DNA of 64,000 nt. Origin: Bacteroidota bacterium. Lineage in GTDB: Bacteria > Bacteroidota > Bacteroidia > Palsa-948. This document shows, piece after piece, positions 37,729-47,355 of this stretch (within the stretch, counting starts at the first letter, position 1; each line of letters begins with the position of its first letter). The position numbers and the translations under genes were made by a program. The notes under the pieces are model-generated. The model ran no database searches, was not told the DNA's origin, and was given only the letters and a program-made list of their open reading frames with translations. Location of the stretch: contig PLUL01000071.1 in assembly GCA_003164895.1 (NCBI GenBank), positions 6,679-70,678 on the forward strand. Direction: 5' to 3'.

Positions 37729-40473
37729 ATGAAAACAATCCAATTACTTTTCGTTGTTATGCTTATTTTTTTACGTATGAGCATTCATGCGCAAAACGTT
37801 GTTCCTGAAAATAACAGCGCAATGTATTTTAATCGTTGTGGGCAAGTAGAGTATGAGAATTTTTTGCGTGAAAAAGACCCTATGTATGACATCAAAAGGC
37901 AAGAGGCAGAAAAAACTATTGCCAAGAAAATAAATGAAATGAATAATGCGAGGCAGAGTGGTATTCCACAACCACAATCGCAATATATAATTCCAATTGT
38001 GTTTCATGTGTTGTATAATACAACAGCGCAAAATATTTCTGACGCACAGGTGCAATATAATCTTAATCAATTAAATCAGGATTGGTCGCGTACAAACACC
38101 GATGCAAGTAACACTCCTTCGGCATGGCAAAGTATTGCTGCCAATATGAATGTAACGTTTTGTCTTGCAACGCAAGACCCCAGTGGAGCTCCCACCACCG
38201 GTATTATTCATAAGTCAACAACGGTTACTTCCTTCTCATCGAATGATTATGTAAAAAGTTCTGCCCAAGGTGGCGATGACCCTTGGGATAATACCAAGTA
38301 TTTGAATATTTGGATTTGTAATTTGGGAGGTGGATTACTTGGTTACAGTGCATTTCCGCCTGTCACTTCAACATGGGGTGCAGTAATATATTATACCACA
38401 GTTGGAAGTTTAGCACAACCTAATTCTGCAGGGGGTGCTTACGGTTACGGTCGAACACTTTCACATAACGTTGGACACTGTTTTAATCTTTATCATACTT
38501 GGGGAGATGATGCCGGAGCGTGCACGGGTACTGATTATGTAAGTGATACTCCAAATATGGCAGATGCTACATACGGTTGTCCAAGTGGAGTAGTAACCGA
38601 TGCATGTGGTGCTGGTTCTGACGGTAGCCCTGGTTCAAATATTGCACCGGGTCGAATGTATCAGGATTTTATGGATTATACCGATGATATGTGCTATAAT
38701 ATGTTCACTACAGGTCAACGAACAAGAGTGCAAAGCGCAATTACATCTTACTTAATGACGGTAGCGAACAATTCCGCAACTGCATGTAGTGCATCACCCT
38801 CATTATCCGTTTCCATTATAGGCGGGAATAACAGTATTTGTAATGGAAATTCAGATTCGCTTTTTGCATCAGTGAGTGGCGGCACATCTCCTTATAATTA
38901 TTCGTGGAGCACAGGTCAAACCGATGCACTAATATTAACGAGTCCAACTTCCACCACCACGTATACCGTAACTGTTACAACCGGCAGCCTTGTTGCAACA
39001 GCAACAACTGTAGTTACAGTAAATTCTGTTTCTGCTACAATTACAGGCAATACTTCAATTTGTTCGGGACAAAATACAACTCTCTCTGCATCCGGTGGAG
39101 CAACTTATTCTTGGAATACAGGAGTAACAACAACTTCCATCATTGTAAATCCAACCGTACTTACCACTTATACCCTAACCTCCGCTACTGCCTCTTGTGT
39201 TGCAAAGGCAACTACAACTGTTACCGTAAATCAATTGCCAACTGTTTCCATATCGGGCAACACGACTATTTGCCTTGGGCAAAACACAACTCTAAGTGCA
39301 TCAGGAGGGGGAACGTATCTTTGGAACACAGGACCAACTACATCTGCAATTACTGTTATGTCAACAGCTTTTACAACCAATTCGTATTCGGTTACAGTTT
39401 CAAATGGAAATTGTTCAAGTGTAGCTTCTGTTGCAGTAACTGGTACATATCCAACTGCTAATTTTACATCGAACACCCCACTTTGTCTTGGTGATCCGGC
39501 AGTATTTACAGATTTATCTACCGGAGGTATCAGTTCTTGGTATTGGAATTTTGGTGATGGAGAAATATCAAATTCACAAAGCCCATCACACGCATATTCC
39601 GTTGCAGGAACTTATACTGCCTCGCTGACAGCAACGAGTCAATATGGATGTAAGGACTCACTCACACAAACTGTAGCAGTAAATCCAAAACCTGCTTCAA
39701 GTTTCATGTCTAATACTCCGGTTTGTCTGGGTGTTCCAACTGTATTTACCGATGGTTCAACCGGTGGAGTCGTTTCATGGTCTTGGACATTTGGTGAGGG
39801 CGGCAATTCCACATTACAAAATCCTGCATTTACTTATACGTCAGCTTCCACTTATACCGTTGCTGAGATTGTAACAAATCAGTACGTATGTAAAGATAGC
39901 AGTACAAAAAGTGTAACCGTAATGAACGGGCTAAATGTAAATTTAACTTTGGTTCAAGACATATCAAATCCATTATTGTGGAATGTGTACGATACAATTA
40001 CCGGAGGCACTGCTCCGTTTACATATCTATGGAACTTTGGCGATGGCAATACTTCTACGCTCCAATATCCATCACATACCTACTCTGTGTCCGGACATTA
40101 TGCTATATCGTTAACTGTTACTGATGCCAATGGATGTATCAGTTCCGTAGATGATTCCACTTATAGAATTTCTTCTGCCGGCATAATTCAATATGTTATT
40201 GTTGTAGATCCGCTTGTAACTGCTACTCAGAATTTACAATTCACAAATGACATTAGTATTTTTCCAAACCCATCAAACGGAAGCTTCATTTTTAACTGCA
40301 CGGTTTCAAAAGGAGAGTTGGAAATTTATAATGTAATGGGAGAAAAAGTGTATTCATCTTTAATAACAAATCAATCTACTTCTATAAATATTGATGCGCC
40401 CAATGGCATTTACTTTCTACAATTAAAAACGGAGCAGGTGATAGCAACAAAAAAAATTGCGATAAATAAGTAA
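37729..40473 (+). CDS. M43 (pappalysin/cytophagalysin)-like metzincin homolog with a non-canonical zinc site (HNxxH), SprB-type repeats, two PKD domains, and a C-terminal T9SS (type-A) sorting domain
   Basis: Signal peptide plus pro-region. Catalytic-region motif LSHNVGHCFNLYHTWGDDAGACTGTDYVSDTPN aligns with the M43 HExxHxxGxxH...DTP block, but the DNA reads CAT AAC (His-Asn). SprB-like repeats (ICNGNSDSLFASVSGGTSPYNYSWSTGQTD and similar). PKD motifs WNFGDGEIS and WTFGEGGNS. C-terminus ISIFPNPSNGSFIFN...IYFLQLKTEQVIATKKIAINK. The track start at 37669 is probably an extension. Confidence 0.8.
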   Translation: MKTIQLLFVVMLIFLRMSIHAQNVVPENNSAMYFNRCGQVEYENFLREKDPMYDIKRQEAEKTIAKKINEMNNARQSGIPQPQSQYIIPIVFHVLYNTTAQNISDAQVQYNLNQLNQDWSRTNTDASNTPSAWQSIAANMNVTFCLATQDPSGAPTTGIIHKSTTVTSFSSNDYVKSSAQGGDDPWDNTKYLNIWICNLGGGLLGYSAFPPVTSTWGAVIYYTTVGSLAQPNSAGGAYGYGRTLSHNVGHCFNLYHTWGDDAGACTGTDYVSDTPNMADATYGCPSGVVTDACGAGSDGSPGSNIAPGRMYQDFMDYTDDMCYNMFTTGQRTRVQSAITSYLMTVANNSATACSASPSLSVSIIGGNNSICNGNSDSLFASVSGGTSPYNYSWSTGQTDALILTSPTSTTTYTVTVTTGSLVATATTVVTVNSVSATITGNTSICSGQNTTLSASGGATYSWNTGVTTTSIIVNPTVLTTYTLTSATASCVAKATTTVTVNQLPTVSISGNTTICLGQNTTLSASGGGTYLWNTGPTTSAITVMSTAFTTNSYSVTVSNGNCSSVASVAVTGTYPTANFTSNTPLCLGDPAVFTDLSTGGISSWYWNFGDGEISNSQSPSHAYSVAGTYTASLTATSQYGCKDSLTQTVAVNPKPASSFMSNTPVCLGVPTVFTDGSTGGVVSWSWTFGEGGNSTLQNPAFTYTSASTYTVAEIVTNQYVCKDSSTKSVTVMNGLNVNLTLVQDISNPLLWNVYDTITGGTAPFTYLWNFGDGNTSTLQYPSHTYSVSGHYAISLTVTDANGCISSVDDSTYRISSAGIIQYVIVVDPLVTATQNLQFTNDISIFPNPSNGSFIFNCTVSKGELEIYNVMGEKVYSSLITNQSTSINIDAPNGIYFLQLKTEQVIATKKIAINK

Positions 40474-40597
40474 ACTTCCTTGCTTCTTCTTAAATATTAA
40501 GTAAGTATCTATTCCGTCTGTTGGAGTTGCCATAGGTCGTCATGCAAGAAACAAAAAATTAAACTATTAGTATATTTGTCGCAATTAAAATAAGACT

Positions 40598-41446
40598 ATG
40601 AAAATATTTAAATGGATAGGGATAATTATTCTGACTTTAATTGTAGTAGGTGTAACTGCATATTTTGCTTACGTCCGTCCGTTCATGAAAAAGATGGAAG
40701 AAACAACTGTCGTGCAATACGACAAAGAACTTACACTTGTTTTAGGCGGAGGTGGCAACAGCGGAATATTAGTGTCGGATAGTTTGGTTGTTGTGATTGA
40801 TACTAAAATGCATGAAGCTGCTGATCTGCTTTTTAAAAAAGTAGAAGAGCTTGCTGGTAATAAACCAATTATTGTTATTAATACACATTTTCATCCCGAT
40901 CATACCGGAGGAAATAAATTTTATAAAGGTCAAACCATTATTGCAGGAGGTAATTACACGAAAGAATTCTGGATAGGAGAAGCCGATGAAGAAAGTTTGC
41001 CAACTCAATGGTTAAAAGACAGAATGGATATTAAAATGGGAGACGATACCATAACCCTGATCAATATCGGTCGAAATGCTCACACTGCAAGCGATGTTGT
41101 TGTTTATTTACATAAAAGAAAAATGTTGTTTGGCGGAGATGTAATTCTCAACAAACAAGCCCCGGTGTTTATGGGAGTTGCAGATCCCGATGGTTATTTG
41201 TACGCATTGGATATGTTGCCAAAACAATTCGATATTCAGAAAATAGTTCCGGGTCACGGGGCTGTAGGAGGAATTGAAATCATAACCAACTTCCGTCAAT
41301 ATTTTGTTGATATGAATACCGCAGCAAATGATGATTCAAAAAAGGATGAACTTGTTACAAAATATAAAGACTGGGTTCAGATGCCAATTTTTATGTCTCC
41401 GGGCGCTACAATAAGTGCAATCAAAAAGAAAGCACAGAAAAAATAA
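40598..41446 (+). CDS. MBL-fold metallo-hydrolase (metallo-beta-lactamase superfamily), membrane-anchored
   Basis: N-terminal TM helix IGIIILTLIVVGVTAYFAY. HxHxDH metal-binding motif INTHFHPDHTGGN, and a downstream His (VPGHGAVGG). 282 aa. Confidence 0.85.
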   Translation: MKIFKWIGIIILTLIVVGVTAYFAYVRPFMKKMEETTVVQYDKELTLVLGGGGNSGILVSDSLVVVIDTKMHEAADLLFKKVEELAGNKPIIVINTHFHPDHTGGNKFYKGQTIIAGGNYTKEFWIGEADEESLPTQWLKDRMDIKMGDDTITLINIGRNAHTASDVVVYLHKRKMLFGGDVILNKQAPVFMGVADPDGYLYALDMLPKQFDIQKIVPGHGAVGGIEIITNFRQYFVDMNTAANDDSKKDELVTKYKDWVQMPIFMSPGATISAIKKKAQKK

Positions 41447-41483
41447 TTTTTAGTTGGTCTTTCCTCATCGAAGATCTTTTCGG

Positions 41484-41553
41484 TAGGTTAACCTTTACCA
41501 AATTTAATAGTTCATCACCAATCAAATAATTTTTGGGCACTGCTTTTATTCAA
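41484..41553 (-). pseudogene. remnant of the 3' end of a paralog of gene 46897..47355 (direct-repeat copy A)
   Basis: 41487-41553 is about 90 percent identical to 46900-46966. On the minus strand it reads HLNKSSAQKLFDW*, against HLNKTNAQKLFDWLGTIKFGKG* in the intact gene. Lies in the 86-bp gap between the MBL gene and the TPR-kinase gene. Confidence 0.55.
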
Positions 41554-41563
41554 ATGATTTATC

Positions 41564-43524
41564 AAAAACATATTTTGTATCGGAATATTTTGATGATATG
41601 CGTTATCCTGTTCGGCATAACTTCTTTTGCTCAAGAGCAGTATAACATGGACTCGCTTCAAACAATTCTTAAAAAGACAGGACAAGATACAAATCGCGTA
41701 ATCATTTTAAGCGATTTTGGGTTTGAAAAATACAAACTGGGTGATTATGATAAATCCATGTATTATTTATTGATGGCTAATTCGCTTGCAGAAAAATTAA
41801 ATTATAAAAAAGGTATTGCTTCTTCTCTGAACAGGATTGGAAATATTTGTTGGAGTCGAAGCAAATGTGTTGAGGCACTTGAATATTATTCAAAAGCCCT
41901 TGCAATCCGAAAACAAATTGGCGATAAACAAGGAGCAGCAGGCACCATCAGCAACATGGGAAATATTTATGGCAATTGGGGAGATTATGCAAAAGCGCTT
42001 GAGCAATATTTAGAAGGATTAAAAATGAGGGAAGAAATTCACGACACGTTAGGTGTTGCAAAATCATTGACCAATATCGGAAATATTTATTTGCATGAGA
42101 AAAACTTTTCAAGAAGTTTGGAGTATTATTTTCAATCTCAAAAAATATATGAGAGGATTGATGACCAATACAACAATGCGATGGTGTTGACCAATATCGG
42201 CATTACCTATTTGCAGATGAAGGAATATTCTCAATCACTCGTCTATTATTTAAAAAGTTTAACTATTGAGGAAAAGATAGGAGATAAATTGGGAATTGCT
42301 AATTCGCTAAACGGTATTGGTAACATTTATGAAAACAAAAACAGCAATGAAAAAGCGATAGAATATTTTTTGAACGCCAATCGTATTTTAAGTGAATTAG
42401 AAGATAAAAAAGGGATGGCGGAAACATACAATAGCTTGGGAAATATTTATGAAAAACTGAATGACAGCGAAAAAGCGTTGAATTGTTTTCGAAAACAAAT
42501 GAAGTTTGCAAAGGAAAGTGGCAACAAGGAAAATATTGCTGCCAGTTATCAGAGCATTTCGGACCACTATTACAAAAAAATGGATTATAAAAATGCGTTT
42601 GATAACTACAAATTTTTTTCCATAGAAATGGATTCTTTCCTAAACGAATCAACCATTAGTAAAACATCTGAAATGGAAGCAAAATACCAAAACGAAAAAA
42701 AGCAAAAAGAAATTTCTATATTAACAAAAGACAATGAGATAAAAGAAATCCTTCTCAAAAAAAATCGCATACAAATTTTTGCACTTGCAACCGGCGTTGC
42801 GGTTTTATTTCTCTTGGGCTTTTTGCTTTATCAGTGGAATCAATTACAACACAGACAGCGAATAAATGCCGAAATAGTAAAACAACAAGATATGCAATTA
42901 AAAACAATTATCGAAACGCAGGAAAAAGAACAAAACCGTATTGCAAAAGATTTGCACGATGGTGTGGGACAAATGCTTTCTGGTTTAAAATTATCATTGC
43001 AAAGTGTATCGGAAGAAATAAATAATAACAGTTTTCTTTCAGAAAAAAAATTGCATTCCTCCATAAAAATAGTAGATGATGCCGTCAGCGAAGTTCGTTA
43101 CATCGCGCACCAAATGATGCCGCATGCATTGAATATGTTAGGTCTTATCCCCGCCATTGAAGATATGCTTGACAAGAGCTTGAGTAATACGAATATTAAA
43201 TTTGAATTTGAACATTTCAATGTCTCAGGTCGTTTTGAAAAAAACATAGAAATTAATTTATACAGAGTAACTCAGGAGTTGATAAATAACTGCATGAAAC
43301 ACGCACAAGCAAGCGAAATAATTCTTCAATTATTCAAAAATGAAAATCAATTGGTATTGGTAATGACCGACAACGGAAAAGGTTTTAATGCTGATGAATC
43401 AGGATATAAAGGTTTAGGATTAATGAATATTTCGACAAGAATTAAATCAATTAACGGAGACGTGAAGTTTCAACCCGGAATGGATTGCGGAACAACAGTT
43501 ACCATAAAAATTCCATTAACATGA
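41564..43524 (+). CDS. TPR-repeat sensor histidine kinase (TPR array, one TM segment, HisKA_3, HATPase_c; NarL/LuxR-class partner)
   Basis: N-terminal signal/TM, then about 8 TPR repeats (GNIYxNxGDYxKALEYYxK pattern). TM segment IFALATGVAVLFLLGFLLY. H-box KDLHDGVGQMLSGLKLSL (HisKA_3). C-terminal GLGLMNISTRIKSINGDVKF ATPase motifs. The track TTG start at 41533 is probably an extension; the ATG at 41564 is preferred. Confidence 0.85.
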
Positions 43525-44171
43525 AGCGAATAAAAACTTTAATTGTTGACGACCATCAATTAGTTATAGATGGGATAAAATCACTTATAAAAAATATTCC
43601 GGAGATTGAAGTGGTTGCCGAAGCAAATAACGGAAAAGAAATTTTCGACCTTGCTTCTCTTTCGCAAATAGATGTTGCGCTGATGGATATTAACATGCCC
43701 GTTTTAAACGGCATTGATGCTACGAAACAATTAAGGCAACTCCACCCTCAGATAAAAGTATTGGCGCTTTCCATGCACGATGATAAAACCATGATTGAAA
43801 GTATGCTGAACGTAGGAGCTTTGGGATACATTATGAAGAATGCAAATAAAGACGAATTAATCTTAGCGATAAAAAAAATAGCAGCAGGACAAAAATATTT
43901 TTCAAGCGATGTGGCGCTTACCCTAATGGGAAAACAATCCACCGAAATCATTTCCGAGAAAAATAAAACAGAAATTGATACGCTCACAAAACGGGAAATA
44001 GAAATTATGAAATTAGTCGCACTCGGTTTTTCCAGCATAGAAATCGGAAAAAAACTTTTTATCAGTCCGCGCACAGTTGAAACACACCGCACTAATCTGT
44101 TTGAAAAATTGCAAGTAAAAAACGTAGCAATGCTAATCAGGTACGCCATGAAAAACGGGTACATGGATTAA
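43521..44171 (+). CDS. response regulator, NarL/LuxR family (REC + HTH_LuxR)
   Basis: MKRIKTLIVDDHQLVIDGIKSL...VALMDINMP is the receiver domain with the phospho-acceptor Asp. C-terminus LTKREIEIMKLVALGFSSIEIGKKLFISPRTVETHRTNLFEKL is a LuxR-type HTH. ATGA start/stop overlap with the kinase. Confidence 0.9.
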   Translation: MKRIKTLIVDDHQLVIDGIKSLIKNIPEIEVVAEANNGKEIFDLASLSQIDVALMDINMPVLNGIDATKQLRQLHPQIKVLALSMHDDKTMIESMLNVGALGYIMKNANKDELILAIKKIAAGQKYFSSDVALTLMGKQSTEIISEKNKTEIDTLTKREIEIMKLVALGFSSIEIGKKLFISPRTVETHRTNLFEKLQVKNVAMLIRYAMKNGYMD

Positions 44172-44290
44172 TCGGTTCTTCTTTCTTTCAAATCAATTTA
44201 CTAAAAACACGAGTATTCTCGTAGATGATTTACGAGTAATCCCGCATATTTATATTAAGCCGCTATCTTATATTTGAATGTATAAAATCA

Positions 44291-45265
44291 ATGAACGAAC
44301 CCCAAAAACTTATGCCTATGAAAAAAATAATTCTACTCTTTGTGTGCTTTGCATCTTTAATTATTAAAAATCAGGCACAAACCGTATCCGACTTGGACGG
44401 CAATGTTTACGACACCGTAAAAATTGGCACACAAGTTTGGTTAAAAGAAAATTTAGCAACCACCAAATACAATGATGGTACTTTAATTCCATTGGTAAAA
44501 GATAGTATGCAATGGATTGGTTTGACTACTCCCGGATATTGCTGGTATAGAAACGATTCTGCTACTTACAAAAATCCTTATGGCGCTTTATATAATTGGT
44601 ACACGGTAAATACTGGCAAACTGTGTCCTACTGGTTGGCATGTGCCATCAAATGCAGAATGGCATACCTTGATTTTATTTCTTGACCCAAGTGCAACAGA
44701 TTGTTATTGCACAGAAAGTGCAACAGCGGGAGACAAATTGAAAGAGGCAGGAATAACTCATTGGGGTACAGGAAACACTGCAACTAATAGCAGCGGGTTT
44801 ACTGCTATGCCTGGCGGTTTCAGGAATTATTATGATAAAAATTTTGAAGGACGTACTTCGGTTGCATATTTTTGGAGTTCAACAGTAGGCGCATCCGGCA
44901 CCACAATATGGCACAGATGGATGCCGAATAATAACGCCAATATATTCGAATATCTTGATCAAAAAATTCAGGGCATGTCGGTACGCTGTTTAAAAGATTC
45001 TATATCTACCGGATTAAATAACATTAATTATGAAAACAGATTAAAAATATTTCCTAATCCAGCAACTGATATTATAAATATTAATTGTACTGAAAAGCAG
45101 ATTATAAAAATGCAAGTTTATAATGCAATTGGAGAATGTGTAATCCAAAAAGAATTGAATAATTATACAAATCAAATTGATGTTAGTTTTTTGCCGAAAG
45201 GAATTTATGTGATTAAACTTACAGGAGTAAATTGGACAGAGCAACATAAATTGACTAAAGAATAA
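44291..45265 (+). CDS. FISUMP (Fibrobacter succinogenes major paralogous) domain protein with a C-terminal T9SS (type-A) sorting domain
   Basis: Signal peptide. LDGNVYDTVKIGTQVWLKENLATTKYNDGTLIP...YGALYNWYTV...CPTGWHVPSNAEWHTLI are characteristic FISUMP motifs. C-terminus RLKIFPNPATDIININCTEKQ...GIYVIKLTGVNWTEQHKLTKE is the Por_Secre_tail. Confidence 0.8.
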   Translation: MNEPQKLMPMKKIILLFVCFASLIIKNQAQTVSDLDGNVYDTVKIGTQVWLKENLATTKYNDGTLIPLVKDSMQWIGLTTPGYCWYRNDSATYKNPYGALYNWYTVNTGKLCPTGWHVPSNAEWHTLILFLDPSATDCYCTESATAGDKLKEAGITHWGTGNTATNSSGFTAMPGGFRNYYDKNFEGRTSVAYFWSSTVGASGTTIWHRWMPNNNANIFEYLDQKIQGMSVRCLKDSISTGLNNINYENRLKIFPNPATDIININCTEKQIIKMQVYNAIGECVIQKELNNYTNQIDVSFLPKGIYVIKLTGVNWTEQHKLTKE

Positions 45266-45318
45266 TATTATATCTGAAATAAAAATTCATTCAAACAACA
45301 ACATTAAAACTAACTACC

Positions 45319-46617
45319 ATGAAAAAAATCATACTCCTAATTATGCTGATTTTTACGATAGTAAAAATTCAAGCTCAGAATTATCAAATCAGTTTTGCAG
45401 GAACAGGCGCAAGCGCAACTGTTGATTCTGTAAAAATTGAAAACCTATCTCAATGCACCGATACTTCCATTGGCGGAAGCAATATTTTAAATCTCACTCC
45501 AATGGTAACGGGAATAAACGAAAATACGATGGCAGATAATGTGATACACATTTATCCTAATCCAATTTCAGGTTTTTGTTCGGTAGAATTTAATGCAATT
45601 GATGGAGGCAATACAACTCTTGAACTTGATAACATAAACGGAAAAAAAATTGTGCAAGTACATGAATTATTATCACAAGGAAATCATACTTACTACCTGA
45701 GCGGGATCAGCACCGGAGTTTATATTCTGAAAATAGAATCGGATAAATATTCTTATTCGTCAAAAATTGTAAGTATAAATGCAGAATCAGGTACTGCCGA
45801 AATAAAACATATTGGAACAAATCCTATCACAAATAAACAAGATACTTTGATTGGGGGAAAAATAAGTGGATTGGAAAATAACAATATCCTTTCTCTTATT
45901 TCAATGCAATACAACACAGGCGACACCCTGAAGCTGACTGGAAAATCTGGTAACTATCGTACTGTTGTTATGTTAATGCCATCCCAAAGCCAAACTGTAA
46001 CTTTTACTTTTGTTAATTGTACCGATGCCGATAATAACCATTACGCTGTGGTGCAAATAGGCACTCAGGTGTGGATGGAAGAAAATTTAAAAACCACCAA
46101 GTATCGCGATGGCTCAAGCATTCCGAATGTGCCAGACAGCGCTACATGGAGAAATACAACCTCCGGAGCATATTGCGATTATCACAACCTTCCTGCCGAA
46201 GGCGCTGCTTATGGTCATATCTATAATTTTCGTGCAGTAGCAGATGTTCGTAACATGGCGCCCGTTGGCTGGCACGTAGCGAGTGATTCAGAATGGACGG
46301 TATTTACAAATTTTCTTGGAGGCGCCAACATTGCAGGACGCAAGCTGAAAGAAAATTGCAACACGCGTTGGGCATACCAGGATACCACTTGGGGAAACAA
46401 TATAAGTGGCTTCACAGCACTTTGTGCAAACTTCCGCAACACATCAGGAGCTTGGAGTATGGCACCGAACAATGACCACGACTGTGGCTTTTGGACTTCT
46501 ACTTCGGACGGTACAGCATTTGCGTGGGCAAGATTGCTGCGTTGGTGTTATGGTGATGTGTGGATTGGACCTCCCATGTATAATTCTGGATATTCCGTTC
46601 GTTGCATAAAAGATTAG
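45319..46617 (+). CDS. FISUMP domain protein with an internal T9SS-CTD-like beta-sandwich domain (inverted domain order relative to the neighbouring paralog)
   Basis: Signal peptide MKKIILLIMLIFTIVKIQAQ. Residues ~75-150 IHIYPNPISGFCSVEFNAIDGGNTTLELDNINGKKIVQVHE...GVYILKIESDKYSYSSKIVSI resemble a Por_Secre_tail domain but sit mid-protein. C-terminal half has FISUMP motifs: AVVQIGTQVWMEENLKTTKYRDGSSIP...GWHVASDSEWTVF. Confidence 0.75.
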   Translation: MKKIILLIMLIFTIVKIQAQNYQISFAGTGASATVDSVKIENLSQCTDTSIGGSNILNLTPMVTGINENTMADNVIHIYPNPISGFCSVEFNAIDGGNTTLELDNINGKKIVQVHELLSQGNHTYYLSGISTGVYILKIESDKYSYSSKIVSINAESGTAEIKHIGTNPITNKQDTLIGGKISGLENNNILSLISMQYNTGDTLKLTGKSGNYRTVVMLMPSQSQTVTFTFVNCTDADNNHYAVVQIGTQVWMEENLKTTKYRDGSSIPNVPDSATWRNTTSGAYCDYHNLPAEGAAYGHIYNFRAVADVRNMAPVGWHVASDSEWTVFTNFLGGANIAGRKLKENCNTRWAYQDTTWGNNISGFTALCANFRNTSGAWSMAPNNDHDCGFWTSTSDGTAFAWARLLRWCYGDVWIGPPMYNSGYSVRCIKD

Positions 46618-46743
46618 AGAAACAAAATGAGCAACAATATTTTTATTTTTTTGCACACTCATTTTTCACTTTATTAAGATAAAGCACTATTGTTTCTTCA
46701 AAATTATGGCGAACAAGAAAAAGTTCTTTAAAAAATATATGCC

Positions 46744-46860
46744 ATGAAAACTTCTACGAACCAAGCTTTAACTTTTTGGGAAAAGTATTTTGTAGTAATG
46801 GTTGTTATCTTTTTTGTTGTCTTTGTATCAGTAATTCTTGCAGTAGCAGCATTTTTATAG
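46744..46860 (+). CDS. possible small single-TM membrane peptide (38 aa)
   Basis: ATG at 46744 gives MKTSTNQALTFWEKYFVVMVVIFFVVFVSVILAVAAFL*. Hydrophobic C-terminal half. Lies in a ~280-bp intergenic gap. Below the ORF-track length cut-off. No other support. Confidence 0.25.
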   Translation: MKTSTNQALTFWEKYFVVMVVIFFVVFVSVILAVAAFL

Positions 46861-46896
46861 TGTACAAAGATTAGCTATTGAGAATTTGTATTTGAA

Positions 46897-47355
46897 TCAA
46901 CCTTTACCAAATTTAATTGTTCCTAACCAATCAAATAATTTTTGGGCATTGGTTTTATTCAAATGAGTATATCCGTTTCCTTTTTCCTGTTTTTCGGCAA
47001 AGCATAACTCATTGTTAAAATCATTTTTATATAACCTGTAATTCTCTCTGCTCCAATTTATAGGAGCATTTGTTCCTGCCTCTTGTATAGCCAAATTCAG
47101 ATCTTTAACCAATTCATCAAATTCATCTTTGTTTTTTATGTACACCGATTTAATGTCGGGTTTTTTCCCGGCAGCAATATTTTGAAACGACAAATGAATG
47201 AAATAAGTACTGTCTTCTATTTCTGCATTAATCTCCTTGGTATAGCTTGCCGTAATGGTGCCTATGCTGTCTTTACTAATATCAACCCATCTTATTTGAG
47301 CAGTTGCAGAAATAGATATTAAAGCAAATAAGGAAAATGTAATTATTGTTTTCAT
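46897..47355 (-). CDS. secreted protein of unknown function
   Basis: 152 aa. Signal peptide MKTIITFSLFALISISATAQ. Its 3' 67 bp are duplicated at 41487-41553. Confidence 0.55.
   Translation of the reverse strand: MKTIITFSLFALISISATAQIRWVDISKDSIGTITASYTKEINAEIEDSTYFIHLSFQNIAAGKKPDIKSVYIKNKDEFDELVKDLNLAIQEAGTNAPINWSRENYRLYKNDFNNELCFAEKQEKGNGYTHLNKTNAQKLFDWLGTIKFGKG
46900..46966. repeat. 67-bp direct repeat, copy B (pairs with 41487-41553), bracketing the 5.4-kb kinase / regulator / FISUMP module
   Basis: ACCTTTACCAAATTTAAT(A/T)GTTC(A/C)T(C/A)ACCAATCAAATAATTTTTGGGCA(C/T)TG(C/G)TTTTATTCAAATGA in the same orientation at both sites. No similarity extends beyond either end. Confidence 0.8.

Noticed and set aside
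38904-39461. 185-aa Cys/Asn-rich ORF on the plus strand
   Set aside because: It lies entirely inside the 934-aa M43-like gene on the same strand in another frame. It is generated by the Thr/Ser/Asn-rich repetitive coding sequence and has no independent start context.
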